A DNA stretch of 64,000 nucleotides from an uncultured Clostridia bacterium (GCA_947625295.1 CANQNU010000001.1:5919-69918), one strand, 5' to 3'; shown: positions 42,746-54,615, numbered from the stretch's first letter. Translations and numbers: made by a program. The notes: a model not told the origin generated them from the letters alone.

Positions 42746-43165
42746 ATGGAAAAAATAAAAGAAATATACAAAAAATATAAAGAAATTATTAATTATCTGA
42801 TTTTTGGCTTTTTAACAACAGTTATCAATTTTGTATCTTATTATATTTGTGCAAGAATATTTTTGATAGATGAGGTTATAAGCAGTATATTAGCTTGGTT
42901 TATATCAGTGCTATTTGCATACATAACAAATAAATTACTAGTATTTGATCAACATACAGATAATATAAAATTTTTAATAAAAGAGATGGTGTCATTTTTT
43001 TTAGCAAGAATAGCATCTGGAATCTTATTTGATGTAGGAACTTTTGCAGTAATGGTCAAAGTTCTTCATATAAATGATATTATATCTAAATTTATTACAC
43101 AAGTTATGACTATTATTACAAATTATTTATTAAGTAAATTAGTTATATTTAAAACAAAAAAATAA
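42746..43165 (+). CDS. gtrA: GtrA-family membrane protein
   Basis: 139 aa, 4 TM. YLIFGFLTTVINFVSYYI. Confidence 0.7.
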   Translation: MEKIKEIYKKYKEIINYLIFGFLTTVINFVSYYICARIFLIDEVISSILAWFISVLFAYITNKLLVFDQHTDNIKFLIKEMVSFFLARIASGILFDVGTFAVMVKVLHINDIISKFITQVMTIITNYLLSKLVIFKTKK

Positions 43166-43181
43166 AATGTAGGAGTTTAAT

Positions 43182-44120
43182 ATGAAAAAAGTATCACTAG
43201 TTATACCAATGTATTGCGAAGAAAAAGTAGTAGAGGAATGCTATAAAAGAGTAGTAAATATTCTAAAACAATTAGAAAATTATGAATATGAAATTATATT
43301 TATTAATGATGGAAGTACAGATAAAACATTAGAAATATTACAACAAATTGCAGAAAATGATAAACAAGTAAAAGTTATATCATTTTCTAGAAACTTTGGG
43401 CATCAAGCAGCTGTTACAGCAGGATTAAAAGAAGTAACAGGAGATGCTATAATAATTATAGATGCAGACCTTCAAGATCCACCCGAATTAATACCAGATA
43501 TGTTAAAAAAATGGGAAGAGGGAAATGAAGTTATTTATGGAAAAAGGAAAACCAGAAAAGGAGAATCAGCATTTAAACTATTAACAGCAAAAATGTTCTA
43601 TAATATGTTAAATGCATTATCAGATGTAGAAATTCCAAAAGATACAGGAGATTTCCGTTTAGTAGACAGAAAAGTAGTAGATACAATTAATGATTTACCA
43701 GAGCATAATAAATTTTTAAGAGGTTTGTTTAGTTGGGTTGGATATAAACAATATGCATATGAATATGAAAGACAAGAAAGATTTGCAGGAGAAACAAAAT
43801 ATCCATTAAAAAAGATGTTAAAATTAGCATCTGATGGGATTATCAGCTTTTCTGGAAAACCGATTAAATTAGTAGGAGCTTTAGGTATATTTTCAATAAT
43901 TATTTCTATTATTATATTGATTTATGCCTTGATTTCTTATGCTTTTAAGTTAAATAATTTGTCTGCTGGATGGACTTCTATTATGGTGGCGATTACATTT
44001 TTTGCAGGTGTGCAATTATTATCATTATGGGTTATTTCTGAATATATAGGAAGAATTTATGATGAAGCCAAAGGAAGACCGCAGTATGTTATTGACAAAA
44101 AAATAAATATTGAAAAATAA
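43182..44120 (+). CDS. gtrB: GT2 polyprenyl-phosphate (bactoprenol) glycosyltransferase, GtrB-like
   Basis: VSLVIPMYCEE...FINDGSTDKT, IIDADLQDPPE, two C-terminal TM helices. Confidence 0.8.
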   Translation: MKKVSLVIPMYCEEKVVEECYKRVVNILKQLENYEYEIIFINDGSTDKTLEILQQIAENDKQVKVISFSRNFGHQAAVTAGLKEVTGDAIIIIDADLQDPPELIPDMLKKWEEGNEVIYGKRKTRKGESAFKLLTAKMFYNMLNALSDVEIPKDTGDFRLVDRKVVDTINDLPEHNKFLRGLFSWVGYKQYAYEYERQERFAGETKYPLKKMLKLASDGIISFSGKPIKLVGALGIFSIIISIIILIYALISYAFKLNNLSAGWTSIMVAITFFAGVQLLSLWVISEYIGRIYDEAKGRPQYVIDKKINIEK

Positions 44121-44292
44121 TGTAGATTTATAACATACTTGAATATATATATACTAAAATAGCTGTAATTCCAATAATTGGCTGTATAAAATTTATTGAC
44201 AAAATATGTAGAAAAATATAAAATAAAAAAGGAACAAATTGAAAATAAATTTAAATAATAATTGTATTTTTTGAAAGGGTTGATTATTAATA

Positions 44293-46575
44293 ATGAAAAG
44301 ATTTAAATTCGTATCAAGTTTAATATTGGGTATCTTAATCTTCAATATAGTATCTGTATTAGTTTTTGCTAGTAACGCAGAAACTACACAAGTAAAAGAA
44401 GGTGTAGAAAATACGCTGCAAAATGAAAAAAAGCAAAATACAGAAAGTGCTAATACAAATTCAAATATAATGAATAGTACACAAAACAATAACACAAATG
44501 TAGCTAATAGTACTAATACAAATAACACTAATATTTCATCAAATAATACAAATACAACAACCAATAACACACAAAATAATATTAATACAAATACAGTAAA
44601 TAGTATGCAAAATTCAATTAATCAAAATACTACAGATGTGTCAGATAAAGATGAACAAATAGAATCAATAAATTCAGGAATAATGTTAACAAGTACACAA
44701 GAAACAATAGGAGTTCAATATAGAGCTCATATTCAAGACAGTGGATGGTCAGATTATGCTCAAGATGGAGCAACAATAGGAAAAATTAACAGTGGAAAGA
44801 GAATGGAAGCTATTAATATTAAACTATTAAATGGACCAGCAAATGCAAAGATTGAGTATCAAAGTCATGTTCAAGACATAGGATGGCAAAGCTGGGCATC
44901 AAATGGAGCATTGTCTGGAACAGAAGGTAGATCAAAAAGAATTGAAGCTATAAAAATCCGTCTTGTGAATGTATCTGACTATAGTGTAGAATATAGGACA
45001 TATGTACAAGGTCAAGGATGGCAAAAATGGAAAAAAGATGGGGAACAATCAGGAACAGTTGGAGAAAATGCAAGAATAGAATCTATTCAAATAAAAATAA
45101 CAAAAAAATCTGAAATAACTCAAGAACCAGAAGTACAATATCAAGCACATGTACAAAATGTAGGATGGCAAGAAAAAGTAGTTGAATGCATAGCAGGAAC
45201 AACAGGTAAAGCTCAAAATATGGAAGGTATAAAGATTACATTAAATGAAATGCCAGCAGGAGGTAAAATTACATATCAAGCTCATGTTCAAGATATAGGA
45301 TGGCAAAATTGGGTATCAAATGGAGCCTTAGCTGGAACACAAGGAAAATCAAAAGCAATAGAAGCAATAAAAATTAAACTAGAAAATATGTCAGGATATA
45401 GTGTAGAATATAGAGTTCATGTATCAGGATATGGATGGCAAAAATGGAAAAAGAATGGAGAAATTGCAGGTACAACAGGATGTTCAAGAAGTGTTGAAGC
45501 AATCCAGATTAGAATTGTAAACTCAAATTTAGAAAAGGTAGAACCAGAAGTTACATATCAAACACACATTCAAGATGTTGGATGGCAACAAATGATGACA
45601 GAAGGATTTCTTTCAGGAACAGAAGGTAAAGCAAAAAGACTAGAAGCAATAAGAATACAATTACAAGATGTGCCAAGTGGAGCAAAAATTGAATATAAGA
45701 CACATATTCAAGATATTGGATGGCAAGAATGGAAATCAGATGGAGAGCTATCAGGAACAGAAGGTAAAGCTAAAAGATTAGAAGCAATTCAAATAAGACT
45801 ACAAGGGTTAGATCAATATACAGTAGAATATCAAGTACATATTCAAGATTATGGTTGGAGTCAATGGTATATTGATGGGGAAACAGCAGGAACAGTTGGA
45901 CAAGGTAAAAGACTAGAAGCAATAAAAATTAGAATTGTTTCAAAATATAAAAGACAATATAAAGGAATTGATGTAAGTCAATGGAATGGAAGCAATATCA
46001 ATTGGAAACAAGTAAAAGCTTCTGGAATTGATTTCGTCATGATAAGATGCGGATATAGAGGAGCTACATCAGGTGGATTATATGTAGACAATTGCTTTAA
46101 GAAAAATATTGAAGGAGCACAAGCAGCAGGAATTAATGTTGGAGTATACTTCTTCCCAGCATCAATAAATGTAACAGAAGCAGTTGAAGAGGCAAACTAT
46201 GTAGCAGATTTACTAAAAGACTATAAAATTAAATATCCAGTAGCAATTGATTCAGAAACAGCACTAAATGACGCAACAGGAAGAGCTGATAAACTAGATA
46301 AACAAACAAGAACAGATACAATTGTTGCATTCTGCAATGCAATACAAGCAAAAGGATATACACCAATGGTATATGCTAGTAGAGATTGGTATTACAATAA
46401 CTTAGATTATTCAAGACTTTCTCAATATGATATATGGTTAGCACATTATACAGGAAGTGCATCAAAATTATCAGACTTTAAGTATAAATATCATATGTGG
46501 CAATATACAAGTTCAGGAAGTATATCTGGAATTTCAGGGAATGTAGATGTAAATATAGGATATAAAAAATATTAG
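44293..46575 (+). CDS. Secreted cell-wall hydrolase: signal peptide, Asn/Thr-rich linker, 9 ChW repeats, C-terminal GH25 muramidase
   Basis: Repeats YQAHVQDIGWQ.W...G..GT.G..R.EAI.I. GH25 motif GIDVSQWNGSINWKQVKASGIDFVMIRCGYRG. Confidence 0.8.
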   Translation: MKRFKFVSSLILGILIFNIVSVLVFASNAETTQVKEGVENTLQNEKKQNTESANTNSNIMNSTQNNNTNVANSTNTNNTNISSNNTNTTTNNTQNNINTNTVNSMQNSINQNTTDVSDKDEQIESINSGIMLTSTQETIGVQYRAHIQDSGWSDYAQDGATIGKINSGKRMEAINIKLLNGPANAKIEYQSHVQDIGWQSWASNGALSGTEGRSKRIEAIKIRLVNVSDYSVEYRTYVQGQGWQKWKKDGEQSGTVGENARIESIQIKITKKSEITQEPEVQYQAHVQNVGWQEKVVECIAGTTGKAQNMEGIKITLNEMPAGGKITYQAHVQDIGWQNWVSNGALAGTQGKSKAIEAIKIKLENMSGYSVEYRVHVSGYGWQKWKKNGEIAGTTGCSRSVEAIQIRIVNSNLEKVEPEVTYQTHIQDVGWQQMMTEGFLSGTEGKAKRLEAIRIQLQDVPSGAKIEYKTHIQDIGWQEWKSDGELSGTEGKAKRLEAIQIRLQGLDQYTVEYQVHIQDYGWSQWYIDGETAGTVGQGKRLEAIKIRIVSKYKRQYKGIDVSQWNGSNINWKQVKASGIDFVMIRCGYRGATSGGLYVDNCFKKNIEGAQAAGINVGVYFFPASINVTEAVEEANYVADLLKDYKIKYPVAIDSETALNDATGRADKLDKQTRTDTIVAFCNAIQAKGYTPMVYASRDWYYNNLDYSRLSQYDIWLAHYTGSASKLSDFKYKYHMWQYTSSGSISGISGNVDVNIGYKKY

Positions 46576-46585
46576 AATTAATAAG

Positions 46586-46620
46586 AAAAAGTACAAGAAA
46601 AAGCTTGTACTTTTTTATTT
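46586..46620 (+). terminator. Rho-independent terminator
   Basis: aaaaagtacaag-aaaaagc-ttgtactttttt. Confidence 0.65.
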
Positions 46621-46664
46621 TAAATGATATTATATACACGTGAAATTAGAAAGGAAGTGTAAGT

Positions 46665-47531
46665 ATGAAAATACTAATTACAGGAGCAAACGGAATGCTT
46701 GCAAAATCTGTAAGAAAAAGATTAGAAAAAAATGAATTAATTTGTACTGATGTAGAAGATTTAGATATAACAGATGAAAATGCTGTATTAAAATTTGTAG
46801 AAGAAAAACAACCAGAATATATAATTAACTGTGCTGCATATACAGCAGTTGATAAAGCAGAAGAAGCAGGAGAAATTGTAGAAAAAATCAATGCAATTGG
46901 ACCAGAAAATTTGGCAAAAGCTGCAAAAAGTATAGATATTCCACTAATACATATTAGTACAGATTATGTATTTGGAGGAAATTTAGATATTGAAAAAGTA
47001 TACAAAGAAGAAGATGCAAAAGCACCTGTAACAGCATATGGAATTACAAAATTACACGGAGAAGAAAAAATAAAAGAAAATACTGATAAATATTATATAT
47101 TTAGAACAGCATGGTTATATGGAGACGGAAATAACTTTGTAAGAACAATGCTTAAACTAGGAGAGCAAAAAGACGAAATTAGTGTAGTATGTGATCAACA
47201 TGGATCTCCTACATATGCAGAGGATTTAGCAAATATAATAGGAGAAGCGATTGAAAAGAAAATACCATATGGTATATATCATGCAACAAATCAAGGATAT
47301 ACAACATGGTATGATTTTACAAAGGCAATATTTGAATATGCAGGTATAATATGCAAAGTAAATCCAGTTACAACAGAAGAATACATTGAAATGATGAAAG
47401 TTACTCAAGCCAAAAGACCAAAAAATTCTCAATTATCAAAAGAAAAATTATTAGCACAAGGTATTACAGTACCTGATTGGGAAGATGCTTTAAAAAGATA
47501 TTTGCAAGAAGAAGGCAAAATTGAAAAATAA
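46665..47531 (+). CDS. rfbD: dTDP-4-dehydrorhamnose reductase
   Basis: MKILITGANGMLA. 288 aa. Confidence 0.85.
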   Translation: MKILITGANGMLAKSVRKRLEKNELICTDVEDLDITDENAVLKFVEEKQPEYIINCAAYTAVDKAEEAGEIVEKINAIGPENLAKAAKSIDIPLIHISTDYVFGGNLDIEKVYKEEDAKAPVTAYGITKLHGEEKIKENTDKYYIFRTAWLYGDGNNFVRTMLKLGEQKDEISVVCDQHGSPTYAEDLANIIGEAIEKKIPYGIYHATNQGYTTWYDFTKAIFEYAGIICKVNPVTTEEYIEMMKVTQAKRPKNSQLSKEKLLAQGITVPDWEDALKRYLQEEGKIEK

Positions 47532-47560
47532 TTTTTAAAACTAAAACGCAGTAAGAAAGG

Positions 47561-48475
47561 ATGAGAAAAATGAAAAACAGAAAGGGAATTATATTAGCTG
47601 GAGGAAGTGGAACAAGACTATATCCATTAACAATTGCAATATCAAAACAAATAATGCCAGTATATGACAAACCAATGATTTATTATCCATTATCAGTTCT
47701 AATGGAAGCAAACATTAGAGAAGTATTAATAATTTCAACTCCAAGAGATATTACAATTTTTAAAGAGTTATTAGGAGATGGAGCCCAATGGGGAATGCAC
47801 TTTGAATACAAAGTGCAAGAAAAACCTAATGGATTAGCAGAAGCATTTATTATAGGAGAAGAATTCATAGGAGAAGATAATGTTGCTATGATATTAGGAG
47901 ATAATATGTTTTATGGATCACACTTACCAGAAATTCTAAAAAGAGCAAATGCAAGAGAAAACGAATCAACAATTTTTGGATACTATGTAAAAGATCCAAG
48001 AGCATATGGAGTTGTAGAAATAGATAAAGACGGAAAAGCAATATCAATTGAAGAAAAACCAGAAAAACCAAAATCAAATTATGCAGTACCAGGACTATAT
48101 TTCTATACTAATGACGTTATAGAAATTGCAAAAAATGTAAAACCATCAGCAAGAGGCGAACTAGAAATAACATCAGTAAATGACGAATACATGAAAAAAG
48201 GAAAACTAAAAGTAGAAAAAATAGGAAGAGGAATGACATGGTTTGACACAGGAACACATGATGCATTATTAGAAACAGCAAGCTTTGTACAAACAATAGA
48301 AAAAAGACAAGGAATGCAAGTAAGTTGTCCAGAAGAAATAGCATATAAAAATGGATGGATAACAGTAGAAAAATTATCAGAACTAGCAGACAAATACATG
48401 AAAACAGAATACGGACAATATTTAAAAGATTTAGCTACAATGTCAATAGAGACGGATTTTTTTGACAACGAATAA
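47561..48475 (+). CDS. rfbA: Glucose-1-phosphate thymidylyltransferase
   Basis: [16 protein letters not shown]. Confidence 0.9.
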   Translation: MRKMKNRKGIILAGGSGTRLYPLTIAISKQIMPVYDKPMIYYPLSVLMEANIREVLIISTPRDITIFKELLGDGAQWGMHFEYKVQEKPNGLAEAFIIGEEFIGEDNVAMILGDNMFYGSHLPEILKRANARENESTIFGYYVKDPRAYGVVEIDKDGKAISIEEKPEKPKSNYAVPGLYFYTNDVIEIAKNVKPSARGELEITSVNDEYMKKGKLKVEKIGRGMTWFDTGTHDALLETASFVQTIEKRQGMQVSCPEEIAYKNGWITVEKLSELADKYMKTEYGQYLKDLATMSIETDFFDNE

Positions 48476-48512
48476 TGTCAATAGGGACGGGCCTTTTTGA
48501 CAACGAATAAAA
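48441..48512 (+). repeat. Tandem ~36-nt duplication. The last 11 codons of rfbA are repeated, in diverged form, after the stop
   Basis: atgtcaatagagacggatttttttgacaacgaataa / tgtcaatagggacgggcctttttgacaacgaataa. Confidence 0.8.
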
Positions 48513-48590
48513 ATTATTAAATGATAGATAATAAATTTGTTCAAGAATTCGTCTAAATTATAAACAAATTCTAAAATTAACAAAGAAGGA

Positions 48591-49178
48591 GTGAAAAAAT
48601 TGGGAAAGTTTAAAAAAATAGAGACTTCAATTGACGGAGTATATGTAATTGAACCATCTGTATTTGGAGATAATAGAGGATATTTTATGGAGACATATAG
48701 TAAAGCTGAATTTGAAGAGATTGGTTTAAATTATAATTTTGTACAAGATAATCAATCTAAATCTAGCAGAGGAGTTTTAAGAGGATTACATTTTCAAAAA
48801 GAAAACACACAAGCAAAATTAGTTAGATGTATAAAAGGAGAAGTATTTGATGTTGCAGTAGACTTAAGACCAGGAAGTAAGACATATGGAAAATGGGAAG
48901 GTGTAATTTTATCTGAAGAAAATAAAAAAATGTTTATGATACCTAGAGGATTTGCACATGGATTTTTAGTATTATCAGATGAAGCAGAATTCACTTATAA
49001 ATGTGATGATATATATAATCATGAAGCAGAAGGAGGACTTGCATGGAATGATCCAGATGTAGGTATAGATTGGCCTTTAGGAGATATTAAAGTAGCAGAC
49101 TTACTAACATCTGAAAAAGATGCAAAATGGCCATCACTAAAAGAATTAAAAGAAACAGATTTATTTAAGGGATTATAG
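48591..49178 (+). CDS. rfbC: dTDP-4-dehydrorhamnose 3,5-epimerase (GTG start 48591 or TTG 48600)
   Basis: GVYVIEPSVFGDNRGYFMETY, RGLHFQ. Confidence 0.85.
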   Translation: MKKLGKFKKIETSIDGVYVIEPSVFGDNRGYFMETYSKAEFEEIGLNYNFVQDNQSKSSRGVLRGLHFQKENTQAKLVRCIKGEVFDVAVDLRPGSKTYGKWEGVILSEENKKMFMIPRGFAHGFLVLSDEAEFTYKCDDIYNHEAEGGLAWNDPDVGIDWPLGDIKVADLLTSEKDAKWPSLKELKETDLFKGL

Positions 49179-49288
49179 AAGACATTTCTTAAAATCTATC
49201 TTAAAAAGGAAAAAGGGATTTCATTCTTAATGAAAAAAGACAAAGGTTTGTCCCTAAATTCCTAAAGGAAAAGAAAGGAAAAAGAAGA

Positions 49289-50257
49289 ATGAGTAAAAAT
49301 GTATTAGTAACAGGAGCAGCAGGTTTCATAGGAGCAAATTTTGCAGAGTATTTTGTAAATAAGCACCCAGATTATAAGGTAATAGTAGTAGATAAATTAA
49401 CATATGCAGGAAATTTGGACAATCTAAAAAAAGTACAAGATAAGATAACTTTTGTGCAAGCAGATATATGTGATTTTGAAAAAATGAAAGAAATTTTTGA
49501 TAAATATGATATTAATGGAGTAATTCATTTTGCAGCAGAATCACATGTTGATAATAGTATTAAAAATCCATTTGTATTTACACAAACAAATGTAATTGGA
49601 ACACATACATTACTTGAAACTGCAAAACAAAAATGGGGAGAAGGTAGTCCTAATAAATTTGTACATATTTCTACTGATGAAGTGTATGGTTCATTAGGGG
49701 AAGACGGATATTTTACAGAAACATCACCTATAAAACCAAGTAGTCCATATTCATCATCAAAAGCAAGTTCAGATTTAATTGCACTTGCATATAAAGAAAC
49801 ATATAAAATGAATATTAATGTAACAAATTGTTCAAACAATTATGGTCCATATCAACATAATGAAAAATTAATTCCACATATGATTAAATTAGCTCTAAAT
49901 AACGAAAAATTGCCTGTATATGGAACAGGAAAAAATATTAGAGATTGGTTATATGTAGAAGATCATTGTGAAGCAATAGATTTAGTATTTCATAAGGGAG
50001 TATCTGGAGAAAGATACAATATAGGTGGACACAATGAAAAAAGAAATATAGAAATTGTAAAATTAATTTTACAAAGATTAGGAAAATCAGAAGATTTAAT
50101 AGAATATGTAGAAGATAGAAAAGGACATGACTATAGATATGCAATTGATCCAACAAAAATTAAAAATGAACTTGGTTGGTATCCAAAAACAAAATTCGAG
50201 GATGGAATTGTAAAAACAATCGATTGGTATTTAGAAAACCCTGATTGGTTAAAGTAA
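49289..50257 (+). CDS. rfbB: dTDP-glucose 4,6-dehydratase
   Basis: VLVTGAAGFIGANF, YSSSKASSD. Confidence 0.9.
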   Translation: MSKNVLVTGAAGFIGANFAEYFVNKHPDYKVIVVDKLTYAGNLDNLKKVQDKITFVQADICDFEKMKEIFDKYDINGVIHFAAESHVDNSIKNPFVFTQTNVIGTHTLLETAKQKWGEGSPNKFVHISTDEVYGSLGEDGYFTETSPIKPSSPYSSSKASSDLIALAYKETYKMNINVTNCSNNYGPYQHNEKLIPHMIKLALNNEKLPVYGTGKNIRDWLYVEDHCEAIDLVFHKGVSGERYNIGGHNEKRNIEIVKLILQRLGKSEDLIEYVEDRKGHDYRYAIDPTKIKNELGWYPKTKFEDGIVKTIDWYLENPDWLK

Positions 50258-50301
50258 TTGAGCTAAATACAAAAAAATAAAGTATTGGATGTTGAATATA
50301 T

Positions 50302-50934
50302 ATGGATTTATTAAAAAGTGAGACATACAAAAGATTTTTTTATCATGGAATAGAAAATAAAGAAGAAATGAAAGAAGGAATATTATATTTTTCTTCTAGA
50401 GAAATTTATGAAAAACACCAAAATGAAAATTGGTATAAAATATCTAATGAAATGATAATAAAAGAAATAATAGATTTGGCTACAAGTAGATATAGACAAT
50501 TTTATCGTTTTTCTATTTTAAATGATGAGTATAATAGGTGTAATTTTAATGTTGACTATAATAAAATAAATCAGGAACTACAAGAAAAAGTTAAAGAATT
50601 ACTAGAATCAGGAAAGATGATTAATACAAAAGCTGGAATATTTTTTATAAGAGAAGAGTCACAAAGATTAAATAGTATGCCTTATTATGTATATGGGAGA
50701 GGCCTTTTGGGAGAACAGGGATGGACGAAACAAATTTATAATATACTAATTAATTTAGAAAAGTTAGAAAATGAAAATATTTTAGAATATTATGAATGTT
50801 GGATGAATACAAAATTGCAAAGGGTTGTAGGTAGAGCCAATACAGAAGAAATTCGATATACTCAAAGAGCATATCAATTATTTCAAGAGAGAAAAGATAA
50901 AATGATATCAAATGAAAAAGAACTAGGAGAGTAA
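50302..50934 (+). CDS. Hypothetical cytoplasmic protein (210 aa) at the distal end of the glycan locus
   Basis: ORF only. No recognisable motif. Confidence 0.4.
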   Translation: MDLLKSETYKRFFYHGIENKEEMKEGILYFSSREIYEKHQNENWYKISNEMIIKEIIDLATSRYRQFYRFSILNDEYNRCNFNVDYNKINQELQEKVKELLESGKMINTKAGIFFIREESQRLNSMPYYVYGRGLLGEQGWTKQIYNILINLEKLENENILEYYECWMNTKLQRVVGRANTEEIRYTQRAYQLFQERKDKMISNEKELGE

Positions 50935-51209
50935 GATTCTGGTTCTTTTATGATATTTTTTTATAAATGAAATGAAAAACTATAATTTGTGTTGGTAAGT
51001 TGTCGCTGAGATTAAAATGATATATTATTTGTGATTTTAATACTTATATTTTATAAAAATATTAAAAATTTGAAACTTTTTAAAAAGTTACTTGTCTGTT
51101 ATAGTGAAAGCAGGTAAAAAATTTATAAAACATAACACAAAACAAAAAAAGTATGTTATTATTGTAATATAAAATTAAATTGTAAAATTATTATAATAGG
51201 AGAATAATT

Positions 51210-52151
51210 ATGAAAAATATTAAAATATTTGCTTGTCCAACAGCAGAAAAATTCACAAAAGAAATATGCGATTGTTTAGGAATAGAAATGGGAAAAATAA
51301 ACCATCAAAAATTTTCAAATGACAATAATTTTGTACAGATTTTGGAGACAGTAAGACAGAAAGATGTATATATTGTACAAACAACAGAACCTCCAATAAA
51401 TGAAAGGATTATGGAAATGTTAATAACAATAGATGCTATAAAAAGAGCATCTGCTAAAAATATAAATGTAGTATTGCCATATTTTCCTTATTCAAGGTCA
51501 GATAAAAAAGATCAACCAAGGGTACCTATTACGGCTAAATTAATAGCACAATTGGTAGAAGCTGCTGGAGCAACAAGGGTAATTAGTTGTGATCTTCATA
51601 ATCCAGCAATAGAAGCATATTTTAATATTAATTGTGATAAACTGACAGCAGAATATTTATTAGAAAAATATTATAAAGAAAAAAATCTTAAAGATATGGT
51701 AATTGTTGCAACTGATGCAGGAAGTTCAAAAAAAGCATATAAATATTCAGAATTTTTTAAATGTCCAATTGCTTTGGTAGATAAAAGAAGAGAAGGAAAT
51801 GATGATAGAGCTATTGCTAGTACTATTATTGGAGATGTAAAAGATAAAAATGCAATTATATTTGATGATGAAATAGATACAGCAGGTTCTATGATGGAAA
51901 CAGTAAAAGTATTGCAAAAATTTGGTGCTAAAAATATTTATGCAGGTGCTACACATGGTGTTTTGTCAGGTTCTGCAATTGAAAGAATCAAAAATTCTGG
52001 AATTAAAGAAATAGTATTAACAAATACTGTTCCTATACCAGAAAAGAAAAGACTAGATAACATAACTGTATTATCTATAGCACCATTATTCGCACAAGCT
52101 ATCAAACGAATTAATGAAGAAAGACCATTAGGAGAACTATTTGTGTTATAG
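51210..52151 (+). CDS. prs: Ribose-phosphate pyrophosphokinase
   Basis: IKIFACPTAEKFTKEICDCLG, DLHNPAIEAYF, PRPP-binding DDEIDTAGS. Confidence 0.9.
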   Translation: MKNIKIFACPTAEKFTKEICDCLGIEMGKINHQKFSNDNNFVQILETVRQKDVYIVQTTEPPINERIMEMLITIDAIKRASAKNINVVLPYFPYSRSDKKDQPRVPITAKLIAQLVEAAGATRVISCDLHNPAIEAYFNINCDKLTAEYLLEKYYKEKNLKDMVIVATDAGSSKKAYKYSEFFKCPIALVDKRREGNDDRAIASTIIGDVKDKNAIIFDDEIDTAGSMMETVKVLQKFGAKNIYAGATHGVLSGSAIERIKNSGIKEIVLTNTVPIPEKKRLDNITVLSIAPLFAQAIKRINEERPLGELFVL

Positions 52152-52241
52152 TAAAACTATACACAAAATAAAAAATATGATAAAATATAAAAAATATAAA
52201 ATTTAAAAATTAAAAAGAGTATAGAGAAAGGAATGAATAAT

Positions 52242-53255
52242 ATGCAGAAAAAGAGAATATTAACAGGAGATAGACCAACAGGAAGATTACATATAGGACA
52301 TTATTTCGGATCATTAAAAAAAAGAGTTGAATTACAAGAAAGCGGAAAATATGATCCATATATATTAATTGCAGATGTTCAGGCATTAACAGATAATTTT
52401 AATAATCCTGAAAAAGTAAGAAAAAATGTAAGAGAAGTTGCAATAGATTATTTATCTGTTGGAATAGATCCTAAAAAAACAACAATATATATTCAATCTA
52501 TGATACCAGAAGTAGCAGAACTAACAGTATTTTATTCAAACCTAGTAACAATAGCAAGATTACAAAGAAATCCAACTGTAAAAACAGAAATTGCACAAAA
52601 AAAGGAACTATTTGGAGAAAGTGTAACATATGGATTTTTAGGATATCCAGTAAGTCAAGCAGCAGACATAACAGCATTTGAGGGAGAAGTTGTACCAGTA
52701 GGAGAAGATCAATTACCATTAATAGAACAATGTAGAGAAATTGTAAGAAAATTCAATTCTATTTATGGGGACATTTTAGTAGAACCAAAAGCAGAATTAT
52801 CTGAAGGAAAAAGAATAAAAGGGCTAGATGGAAATGAAAAAATGGGAAAATCTCTAGGCAATGCAATTTATCTATCAGACAGTGAAGAAGAAATAACAAA
52901 AAAGGTCATGAGTGCGGTAACAGACCCAAACCGTATAAAAAAAGACGACTTAGGAAATCCTAATATATGCATGGTTGCTTATTATCATAATTTATTTACA
53001 AAACCAGAGGAAGTAAAAGCAGTATGTGAAGAATGTAAAGCAGGAAAAAGAGGATGTGTAGCATGTAAAAAACAATTAGCACAAAACATAATAGAAGAAT
53101 TAAGACCAATAAGAGAAAAAAGAAAATACTATGAAGAACATATAGAAGAAGTAGATAAAATATTAATAGAAGGAACTACAAAAGCAAGAGAAGTTGCAAA
53201 AGAAACAATGAAAAAAGTAAAACAAGCAATGAAACTAGATTATTTTGAAAAATAA
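52242..53255 (+). CDS. trpS: Tryptophan--tRNA ligase
   Basis: TGDRPTGRLHIGHY (HIGH), KMGKSLGNAI (KMSKS). Confidence 0.9.
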   Translation: MQKKRILTGDRPTGRLHIGHYFGSLKKRVELQESGKYDPYILIADVQALTDNFNNPEKVRKNVREVAIDYLSVGIDPKKTTIYIQSMIPEVAELTVFYSNLVTIARLQRNPTVKTEIAQKKELFGESVTYGFLGYPVSQAADITAFEGEVVPVGEDQLPLIEQCREIVRKFNSIYGDILVEPKAELSEGKRIKGLDGNEKMGKSLGNAIYLSDSEEEITKKVMSAVTDPNRIKKDDLGNPNICMVAYYHNLFTKPEEVKAVCEECKAGKRGCVACKKQLAQNIIEELRPIREKRKYYEEHIEEVDKILIEGTTKAREVAKETMKKVKQAMKLDYFEK

Positions 53256-53289
53256 TTTTGACGGATGATTTTGGGGACGGAGGAAAAGT

Positions 53290-54566
<1,277 letters not shown>

Positions 54567-54615
54567 TATAAAGAAAAAAATGTAATTTTATACTTGGATT
54601 TATATCTAGAAAGGG

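Noticed and set aside
52152-52241. Possible T-box or leader upstream of trpS
   Set aside because: The spacer is only about 90 nt, with no T-box consensus or terminator
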